A stretch of 53,812 bases of DNA. It comes from an uncultured archaeon (lineage in GTDB: Archaea > Asgardarchaeota > Thorarchaeia > Thorarchaeales > Thorarchaeaceae). How positions within the stretch are numbered: the stretch's first letter is position 1; each line of letters starts with the position of its first letter. Where the stretch lies: NCBI GenBank assembly GCA_964558645.1, contig CAZLEV010000002.1:409450-463261 (forward strand), in the 5' to 3' direction. A program made the position numbers and the translations under genes. Under the pieces are notes generated by a model. The model saw only the letters and a program-made list of their open reading frames with translations, was not told the origin of the DNA and did no database searches. Below, in pieces: positions 19,701 through 26,569 of this stretch.

Positions 19701-21380
19701 CTGACTGTGGACCACGAGAGCCATGCGTGGTCTCAGGCCATTCCTCGAGACCTCATAGGTCGTCCTGCGTCCGGAGAGGTCATCCGTCAGGCTCGACTCG
19801 AGAGCCCGGACGACCAGACCCCGTATCATGCGCCTGCTCTCTCTGCTCTCATCAGTCGGGTCCATGACGAGTGTGGCCCGAATCACCCTTGGAGGACTCT
19901 CGAGATGCGCAATCGATCCGAAGGCCTCAGACAGGGCCTCCGCATAGGCATCCAGCTGGGTCACGGTGTTCGGCTCAGGGGTGCCATCAACGACCTGCAC
20001 CCACTCGTTGGGGCTGAGGGGACGCAGCGAGAGCCTGAACCGCGGAACCACCCGCTGGACCATCCCGTATCGCTTCCGAGATGACGAAGACCTCCGTTCA
20101 GGCTCCATGTACCACTTGAACCCGCAGCGGGTCTTGATCTCCACTACCATCACGGGGCGCCAGAGGGTACGTAGACCTGTGGGGGTGGCCTCCCTTCTGA
20201 ACACCACCAGATCTGCTCTGCCCTTGCCCAGCGAGGTCTCCAGCGGGAGCTCTGCGACAATCCTGAGACCTCCTCCGGCCCCATCGCGGTCATCGTCGCG
20301 GATGGCTCTCCGTACATCCAGAAACCGGTCGAATCGGTCCGTGATGCGCCTGTGGACCTGGGCACCCACCCTCTTCGTCCATCGAACCGCACTCTGCCAC
20401 AGGTGGCTCACATCGTCACTGGTCAGGCGTGGTGCCTTCTTCCCGTGCTCGTCCGTCAGGACCTCGGACCCGCCTGACAGGATTCGGGCAAACTCCCCGA
20501 TCACGGCCGGACTGACTCCACCCTCCTGAGCCTCTGCCAGCTGCTCTTCGAAGAAGTCCATGCTGAACCGGGGACGGGGATACTCCGCATGAGAGGACAC
20601 GGTCTCAGGCTCACCCACACGAACACCGTGGTGTGCCGCAATGTCATCACGGATCTCCCGCAGGAGTCGCACCGTCCCGTCCCTGAAGCCTGGCGACCCG
20701 TGTTCGAACTCCGTGTACAGGTGGTCAAGATACGTCCGTGCCCGGAGAATGAAGAGGTTGCTGTACCTGCGTGTGTCCCGCACCGACACATCATGGATGT
20801 AGGCGTCCGTGTTCAGGACCTGGATATGCTGTCGGAGAGCGTCCATGAAGTCCAGCTCGGTGAGGAAACGGTGGACGGAAGGATAGGCAGGCCAGCGTGA
20901 GTCGCCCGCGTACCCGTAGTCGATGTGCTCTCCCTTCTCGTTGAACAGGGGCTGGGGTTGCCCCATGGGATAGTAGATCGCCCCAAACTCCCGCAGGGCC
21001 GCGCCCCCCACATTGAACCGCTGATTCAGCGGCCCTACCTCCTCGTACCATCGCCGAGCACGCGTGGTCTCGGTGCAACCGTAGAGCGCCGCGTTCTCTT
21101 CCAGCATGTCCAGGCCGTTCTTCCTGATGTTGTGCTCCGCCTTCATCACGTGGGTGAAATTGGGGTTGCCCATGACCTTGGAGATTCGGTAGGCCTCGGT
21201 GTAACGGCGGAGGATGTCGCGCGAACTCTCGTACAGGTGACGGGTGGTCTTGCTCTGGATGGTGCGCTGCAGGTAGACAGCCGTGGACAGGCCTGTCCTC
21301 ATCGCCCGTGCCAGCACCCTGTTCGGATGCCTCGGGTACGGCCTCGCCCGCGGGCCTCGACTCCCTCTCATACGCATCAC
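16797..21380 (-). CDS. Large protein with PD-(D/E)XK nuclease domain and degenerate ATPase-like domain
   Basis: ELPL..GRADLVVF..VVEIKT..QLDAYAEAL (RecB/Cas4-type motif order), then RRFILYV..SAGSS..VVWLDLA..LLVVSGWD. Confidence 0.65.
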   Translation of the reverse strand: MMRMRGSRGPRARPYPRHPNRVLARAMRTGLSTAVYLQRTIQSKTTRHLYESSRDILRRYTEAYRISKVMGNPNFTHVMKAEHNIRKNGLDMLEENAALYGCTETTRARRWYEEVGPLNQRFNVGGAALREFGAIYYPMGQPQPLFNEKGEHIDYGYAGDSRWPAYPSVHRFLTELDFMDALRQHIQVLNTDAYIHDVSVRDTRRYSNLFILRARTYLDHLYTEFEHGSPGFRDGTVRLLREIRDDIAAHHGVRVGEPETVSSHAEYPRPRFSMDFFEEQLAEAQEGGVSPAVIGEFARILSGGSEVLTDEHGKKAPRLTSDDVSHLWQSAVRWTKRVGAQVHRRITDRFDRFLDVRRAIRDDDRDGAGGGLRIVAELPLETSLGKGRADLVVFRREATPTGLRTLWRPVMVVEIKTRCGFKWYMEPERRSSSSRKRYGMVQRVVPRFRLSLRPLSPNEWVQVVDGTPEPNTVTQLDAYAEALSEAFGSIAHLESPPRVIRATLVMDPTDESRESRRMIRGLVVRALESSLTDDLSGRRTTYEVSRNGLRPRMALVVHSQDHTPDYRQPSVPQEWRPPYDPLTGAGIRARRFILYVSAASPTSAGSSAAWIAGHYHGLQMIHQLRESTPDLRVVWLDLADEFPTTSFGAVRFRARLRPAENGLPDAVQETLQSIEFKPLFAGIQAYLYNDGPMLDLSRVLEDKVKQPRLLVVSGWDAIEGSTPSPYRDRKNRLLAELVDRLSDDEQTTILWFSRPVKYERRTPIYSTNCLIPVRDTSPLVGELDEIIWNLPCAPERVIDPDSWHRQSAPRSPMFDDIRVVVAQSSSGFETSLLHIPVLRHWATKFRTEEYDRAKTEMSELQEQVVPKAWVRERIRSLALSLLPWLADLWPNTEVSPGVTLSDAFRDSFDEFHESMEGLTITRRSVSREPADIPPLLHRLRYRPPRTRGQKTFADIFLGQINAHRLYRGPKHKRSKARDSYPKTVELPKPRIASFGQIVYSEDPDQPISIVALEDPRNPARVLVGFFNKRLATRPDGMQWAESDISERIDSVRELMDTGSRISLALQQNNGDWLFWTRETEESDWILRSIFDFIPGRATGSIAMLRATRQGPILEPVSRRSTDILVPASLSHRLEKAVGRVLRRIQGQTDVSVELSWTDEGCRVDIKNEDDESLQMIEHHFTPNLIETLTLTSKGLPVRLSSGHMVSWDRFNDIEYGDLSLMANVSETFIPETADIRLPARIADLQALPCGKEISFRLSHNENECPLASGEGKEHGRCWQSILEGENERISDAFCGLFTDREIILRLGTESIVFDSTIHPVKVILPSDVQRENMVFRESPLIRKILRKSGLEVSSLKPGTYLRAEQQRWEISLTIRADWLEWAALSSLTGEYWKNRSFTYKLDVVRELSEVLDDLWRNITSEIPEESIYDPEAQRARIRSALEARGLRDGQMPARLEADLQRRTLTLEVKRAGEVDELLDSVSWELPRRIDADEVVNSILQLLDEGDWSRFHIVNVEEFFEVLEGFFH

Positions 21381-21626
21381 ACTCTCTTCGCAGAGAAAAC
21401 TATCGTTGCTCCTGTGACCATATCAAAAAGTAGGTTTAATGTTTTTCGATTGAGAATTTAAGGTGTAGAGGATGAATAGACTAATTTAGTTAATTGTTTG
21501 GTCAAATTGCTTCATAGGTTTAAATGCTTTCATACTTACTCATTGTAGGAGTTCAAAACGCCTTCTGAAGCACAGGATGGCGAGTGAACTCCACTGACCG
21601 GACAGGTCAGAGGTTTAAATGCGAAG

Positions 21627-23312
21627 ATGATGGCGATGGTGACGTCCCAGGAACCAGTAATCACGGTCAAGATCCCCATCAACTGGGAGATGATGACTGC
21701 GAGGGCGCAACAGCGACTGCGGCAGACGGTTGGCAGGGACACCAGAGTCATCAGGGCGTTCTTCGGGATCATCGAGGAGAACGAGGAACAGCTCTTGAGG
21801 GGGAGGAACAGGGACCGTATCGATGAGAACAAGCTGCATGCCATGACCATGACCGCCCTGAAGGTGGCCGATGGGCAGGAGCAGCGCCCTGAGGTTGAAC
21901 ATGACCTGAAGGAGCAGTTCCCGAGGATATCGGCCAACGAGTTGAGTGAGTGCCGCAGGGTGGCGGTGGCGAACTATGAGAGCTACTTGGCTTTAAGGAA
22001 GAAGCGGTGGCGGAAGGCATCACGTCCCAGTGAGGTGAACCGGAGTCAGCGGATACCGAGAAGGATCTTCATACCATATCGGGCTGAGCTGGTTCGTCAT
22101 GAAACCACTGTGGCAACGTGGTGGTTGGAGCTGCGTGACTCGCTGGACTCGGTCCCCGAGGGTCGGCGGGTGCATGATAGGCTGACTGTGCCGCTGAAGA
22201 CCTCGCCCTTCCACCTTGAGCAGCTGGACAGAGGAGATAAGAAGTCTGTACAGGTGTTCACGGATAGGCAGGGGAAGTGGTGGGCGGCTGTGGCAGTGCG
22301 GTTGCCCGAGGTTGAGACTGAATCGGACCTGCCTCCGGCGGTGCTGGGAATCGATTTGGGGATCAACCGTGCTGTGTGTACGACCTTAGTGACTCCCGCC
22401 AAGGTCTCAGAGACCCGGTACTTTGTCCAGGAGCACAAGGTCAGGCTCATGAAGAGGTATGATGATAGGTTTGCTGACCTGCAGCGGGAGCTTGAGTTCT
22501 GCAAGACGGATGAGGAGCGCCACGACAACGTTGCTGCTAAGCTCCGAAGTCTTCGCTCCAAACGGGAACAGGTCTCCAAGGAGTACGACCGCCTCACTGT
22601 AAGCAGACTCATCTCCTACATTGAGGAACTGAGTCTCAAATATACAGTCTATGTTGCCATCGGCCGGGTCAAGGGCATCCGCAATACTGCTCGAAAGGGG
22701 AACTACAAGGGAAGGAAGTTTCGAGGGATGGTGCATCGCTGGAGCTTTGGGCGGGTGACGCGCACGCTCAAACATGGGCTCGAGCAACGAGGTTGGAGAA
22801 CCCAGGGGGAGAAGAGTCGATTTCACGTGGTTCCTGAGAACTGGACCTCCATCACCTGCTGGAAGTGTGGAAACAGAGGGATTCGACCGAAGCAGTCCCT
22901 CTTCATCTGTCACACCTGTGGGTTCAGAACGAATGCTGATAGAAACGGTTCCCTAAACATTGCGCGTCGATTAATCACGCTCATTCCTTCACTTACGAAT
23001 GAGAACGGACTAGGGCGGTGGGCCACTCCTGAACGGAGGCTCGGTTCAGCCCCGAAGGCTGTAAGGAAGGCTCGCTCTTCTAAGCAGAAGTCCGCACTCT
23101 CTCACAACGGTCAGGCATCAGGTCGGAGAGAGTCCGCGGTGGTTCGCCCCGCTCAGATGAGCATCCTTGACTTTGGCGACGAGGTCGAGGTTGGCGATGA
23201 TGATAGTGCCGTGGGAAAAGCTGTGGAAAGACTCTCTGCTCCCGGAATGGATGCGTCCGGAACAGAGCAGGAGAAGGAAGCCCGGACTGCAGGAGGGCCC
23301 GTGTCCCGATGA
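21627..23312 (+). CDS. tnpB: TnpB-family RNA-guided nuclease with rearranged (Fanzor-type) RuvC
   Basis: RuvC-I LGIDLGI; VAIGRV at the canonical RuvC-II position; VPENWTS then CWKC..CHTC zinc finger; RuvC-III NADRNGSLNIA. Confidence 0.9.
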   Translation: MMAMVTSQEPVITVKIPINWEMMTARAQQRLRQTVGRDTRVIRAFFGIIEENEEQLLRGRNRDRIDENKLHAMTMTALKVADGQEQRPEVEHDLKEQFPRISANELSECRRVAVANYESYLALRKKRWRKASRPSEVNRSQRIPRRIFIPYRAELVRHETTVATWWLELRDSLDSVPEGRRVHDRLTVPLKTSPFHLEQLDRGDKKSVQVFTDRQGKWWAAVAVRLPEVETESDLPPAVLGIDLGINRAVCTTLVTPAKVSETRYFVQEHKVRLMKRYDDRFADLQRELEFCKTDEERHDNVAAKLRSLRSKREQVSKEYDRLTVSRLISYIEELSLKYTVYVAIGRVKGIRNTARKGNYKGRKFRGMVHRWSFGRVTRTLKHGLEQRGWRTQGEKSRFHVVPENWTSITCWKCGNRGIRPKQSLFICHTCGFRTNADRNGSLNIARRLITLIPSLTNENGLGRWATPERRLGSAPKAVRKARSSKQKSALSHNGQASGRRESAVVRPAQMSILDFGDEVEVGDDDSAVGKAVERLSAPGMDASGTEQEKEARTAGGPVSR

Positions 23313-23323
23313 CCGCAGTCAAA

Positions 23324-23448
23324 GATCTTGCTTGCTCTGGGGTGGCTCCTAGAGTTAGTGGTGACACTGGGCAAGAGAAGGGCGGAACACAGAAGTCCAA
23401 AAAGAGGGTTCACTCATCTTGTATCGTTCTATTGGAAGGTCAAGAAAG
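23324..23448 (+). ncRNA. tnpB-linked omegaRNA scaffold 3' region plus putative guide (23414-23448); 5' end probably inside the tnpB tail
   Basis: Hairpins CTCTGGGG/TCCTAGAG, TAGTG-GTGA-CACTG, TCTTGC/GCAAGA and terminal AGTCC/GGGTT, then TTCAC. Confidence 0.7.
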
Positions 23449-23524
23449 TGGTGCGGCCGCCGGGAATCGAACCCGGGCCACAGCCTTGGAAGGGCTGAAT
23501 CCTAAACCCCTAGACAACGGCCGC
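23449..23524 (-). tRNA. tRNA-Gly(TCC), intronless, CCA encoded
   Basis: GCGGCCGTTGTCTAGGGGTTTAGGATTCAGCCCTTCCAAGGCTGTGGCCCGGGTTCGATTCCCGGCGGCCGCACCA. Confidence 0.96.
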
Positions 23525-23538
23525 CAGGGTCTACGAGA

Positions 23539-23854
23539 GGACTATCAGTGGAAGGGTCGGGTCATCATGATTCGACCCCTTCTCCAAATGTGCCTCTGGA
23601 GTCAAGGGTGCCAAAGCTGTGGATTTAAGCCTATTGCTAGAGTGAACGCTTTGGATGTATTAGTGGAAGGCTGGGATCATGCTTTGATTCGAGCCCATTC
23701 ACTTACACCAATGGAACATATCGGTGGAAGGCTGGGATCCGGTTTAGATCCAGATTTCATTGCGATAGCAAACGGACATATTAGTGGAAGGGTGGCATCC
23801 TATTTGCAACAACCTCAATTCATAGAATGGACGAATCAGTGGAAGGCCATTATC
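23539..23854. repeat. Degenerate ~60-bp-period repeat array, consensus GGA-N2-4-ATYAGTGGAAGG-N5-RTC
   Basis: GTGGAAGG at 23548, 23663, 23724, 23784 and 23839; related copies at 30219, 30335 and 30436. Confidence 0.8.
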
Positions 23855-23950
23855 ATCTACCAATAAGGCACTCATTGTATTCGCTTACAGGCTTGCGGAA
23901 ATAGAAATAAAGCCAAGAGAGAATAATCTCTCAAAGGATGTTTCTAGACC

Positions 23951-24901
23951 ATGGATATAGTAAGATTCGGACGCGAAGTGTCAGGGCATCTTGCTTGGAT
24001 GGGATTGAGTCTGGTAGGGTCAGCAGGACTTGTAATTGGACTGTATTATCTGAATCCTCTTGAGTTGTATCAGCTTTCCTACATAATGCCATTCTTTATT
24101 TTTATCGCGCTAATTGGAATGTTCTTTGCTCTATCCGGTTTCCTTTTTCTTGTCATGTACCAATTTGATGAATACCGTTTTCTAAGAAAGTGGGAATTTG
24201 ATGAAACACCCATCTCCTATAGACTTCCACAAGAGGCTCTTGCACCGGCATTTCTTCTTGATACGATTGATAGGGAGATTCTGCAAATCACTTCTTCAAC
24301 GGGAGGGGACATTCTGGCCGTCAAGAACCAGATCAAAAATCGAGCCTTGGCCCAGAATGATGACGAAATGGCAGACAAATTATCTCATCTTGTCAATGCT
24401 GAAATGGTGGGATTATCGAAAAAGCTCGTGACCAAGCGACTCTATCTTACTCCGATGGGACATGAGGCAATGCATACCCCTGCAGTTGCGTATACTTCCA
24501 GAATACCAATCCGAGTCCGGCGGCATATGTACAGGGCAAGGCGTAATATCTGGCGTGAGCAATGGGGCCAAGCAGTACTCGAAATTCATAAAGCTATGGA
24601 GGCAGCATACAAGATTCTACTTCGCACAAGGGCAGAAACCGACACGGTCATTTCGGATGTTGTGAAAGAAGCAGAAGAAAATGGAAGACCTCTTGACGAG
24701 CGGACATCCGGTTCTCTGCATAATCTTTTGATTCAAGCAGATATTTTAGAGAAGGGGTCCTTCGAACGCCATCTTAGTGATGAGATATCTAAGACTCGTA
24801 GATATGCCCATGACTCACCAGAAGAACAGGCATACGAAGCAGATGATGCAATACTTTTGGAGCAGTACCTTGGAATCCTCATGAAGCGGCTGTTCACGTA
24901 G
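23951..24901 (+). CDS. 2-TM plus wHTH plus HEPN-like domain protein
   Basis: Two N-terminal TMs; LYLTPMG wing; AVLEIHKAMEAAYK..SKTRRYAH (RxxxH). Confidence 0.55.
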   Translation: MDIVRFGREVSGHLAWMGLSLVGSAGLVIGLYYLNPLELYQLSYIMPFFIFIALIGMFFALSGFLFLVMYQFDEYRFLRKWEFDETPISYRLPQEALAPAFLLDTIDREILQITSSTGGDILAVKNQIKNRALAQNDDEMADKLSHLVNAEMVGLSKKLVTKRLYLTPMGHEAMHTPAVAYTSRIPIRVRRHMYRARRNIWREQWGQAVLEIHKAMEAAYKILLRTRAETDTVISDVVKEAEENGRPLDERTSGSLHNLLIQADILEKGSFERHLSDEISKTRRYAHDSPEEQAYEADDAILLEQYLGILMKRLFT

Positions 24902-24913
24902 TTTAGCGCAGAT

Positions 24914-25114
24914 TTAACTCCCTTGCTTCTTGGTCTTGAGATTCAAATCTAGGATGATACAACCCCGTCCTTGAGAGATTGTGAAAGAGCCATCAATCCG
25001 TTCGATTTCCCTCTTCTTCAGCTCTTTCAAAAGGTCCGCAAATTCCTTGCCATATGCTTCGGTGACATTGTTCGCCTCAAGCTGAGGATGTTTAAGACGC
25101 AATCTAATCTGCAT
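24914..25114 (-). CDS. Small hypothetical protein
   Basis: 66 aa from ATG 25114 (MQIRLRLKHPQ...), divergent from 25221. Confidence 0.4.
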   Translation of the reverse strand: MQIRLRLKHPQLEANNVTEAYGKEFADLLKELKKREIERIDGSFTISQGRGCIILDLNLKTKKQGS

Positions 25115-25220
25115 CCTGCTTCGTGATGATAGCAATACATTTACAATTGAGTTTCTGGCTCGGGCGCAGCGAGGATAGAATTCATTATAGGATCTGACGC
25201 AGAACGGGTGGGGATGATAT

Positions 25221-26513
25221 ATGAGTAAGCCTACAATCAAGGAGGTTTTGAAGGAACTAAAGGAGAATCCGAACTTCAACGTATTTATGCAAAGACTATC
25301 AGAGAATCAACTATACCACAATCTTCTATTTCTGCACAAGATGGATTTGTTTGGAGTAGAGGGCACATTCCTCATGCCAGCTCTGCCTTATACTGGAGAA
25401 TTTTGGGAAGAGATGCGTATTCATGCCAATGACATGCAGGTAATAGAATACTTGACCGGTGTTGCTACTCAAGGTGATTTATCCAGTAAGTGGATGAAAA
25501 TTCTGGGCATCGAATCTGATTCTGAAATGCGCAAGGATTTCTTCGATCTTGTCGCATACTTTCTGTTCACTGCAGTCAGGTCGAATGAGGATTTAGTTGA
25601 CTTGATAAACGACCCAGATTTCAATTACCGGCGCATGAAAGACAAGTTGGGCAATGTTACCGAGTTTCTTTCAGGACTATCTGACCAATTGGGACAGGAT
25701 GAAACCAGTTCTGAGGGACCGGAACCTGTTGTTAGGAAGAAAGCCGAGAAGGTCGCTAAGAGGATGAAGAACTATTTCGAGGGTTCATGGATCGAAATTA
25801 TAGAATCAATATCTGAAGCATTTCCGAATCTAAGATTGGTTTTGGCATTAATGGCACCATCTTGGGAGCAAGGGATACTGGAGAATTCAGATCTCGAATA
25901 TGAAGACTATTCAGACCTCCTCGATACGCTTTATATGCATAAACTCATTGACTTGAGAAGCTCGATATTTTGGTGCGACAGTTGCGGGCTTGAAGATCCA
26001 TCATATACAGAACTGCATGGGAGAGTGGCGCCAGGAAAACTACACAAGTCCCAGTGTTTGGGCTGTGGGAAATACTACTCATTTGTGGCGTTCTATAGCC
26101 TCTCTAAGAGTTTCGAGGAGGCATTATTCTTCAAGGATGGCTTTATCTCTATTTACCTCGGTTGGCTTCTGGAAAGAGAGGAGGTACCTTTCAAATGCAA
26201 CACATACGAAGGGAAGTATGAATGCGATTTCATTGTTGGAAACACGCTCATCGAATGTAAAACACTTCGGAAGCGCACTATGAATGACAGGGTCGCGATT
26301 GAAAGCGAATTGAAGAAAAGCTTAGAACAAATCGAGAAGCAAATTGGCGAATACCCGGATAGTGAGATTACATCAGCAGTCTTGGTCTGGAATTTGGCTG
26401 GTGATGACTCATCCTCTGTTGAGGAATTCCTCAAAACTCATTCTGTGAAACAATTTCAGTTTAGAATCATCAGCCCAGAGCAGATCGGGCGATTGGTTTC
26501 CGACTTCAAATGA
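25221..26513 (+). CDS. Zn-ribbon plus C-terminal PD-(D/E)XK nuclease-domain protein
   Basis: CDSC..CLGC; ECDFIVGNTLIECKT..LEQIEK; low GC. Confidence 0.6.
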   Translation: MSKPTIKEVLKELKENPNFNVFMQRLSENQLYHNLLFLHKMDLFGVEGTFLMPALPYTGEFWEEMRIHANDMQVIEYLTGVATQGDLSSKWMKILGIESDSEMRKDFFDLVAYFLFTAVRSNEDLVDLINDPDFNYRRMKDKLGNVTEFLSGLSDQLGQDETSSEGPEPVVRKKAEKVAKRMKNYFEGSWIEIIESISEAFPNLRLVLALMAPSWEQGILENSDLEYEDYSDLLDTLYMHKLIDLRSSIFWCDSCGLEDPSYTELHGRVAPGKLHKSQCLGCGKYYSFVAFYSLSKSFEEALFFKDGFISIYLGWLLEREEVPFKCNTYEGKYECDFIVGNTLIECKTLRKRTMNDRVAIESELKKSLEQIEKQIGEYPDSEITSAVLVWNLAGDDSSSVEEFLKTHSVKQFQFRIISPEQIGRLVSDFK

Positions 26514-26569
26514 GTAGGTGAATAGAAAATAGAATCCAACGAGTTAGATTCTTTATATGAATCCCCGAG

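Larger units (their letters stand above)
16782..23448. mobile_element. Island A between the tRNA-Gly 3' fragment and the intact tRNA-Gly (large nuclease plus TnpB; no integrase seen)
   Basis: Bounded by the direct repeat of the tRNA 3' half; GC-rich segment at about 19.3-22.5 kb. Confidence 0.65.

Noticed and set aside
23539-23854. Canonical CRISPR array
   Set aside because: Repeats are too degenerate, the inter-repeat segments share similarity and hairpins, and there are no cas1/cas2 genes. Kept as an unexplained repeat array.
23309-23866. 185-aa ORF after tnpB
   Set aside because: It runs through the omegaRNA, the antisense tRNA-Gly and the repeat array, so it is spurious.
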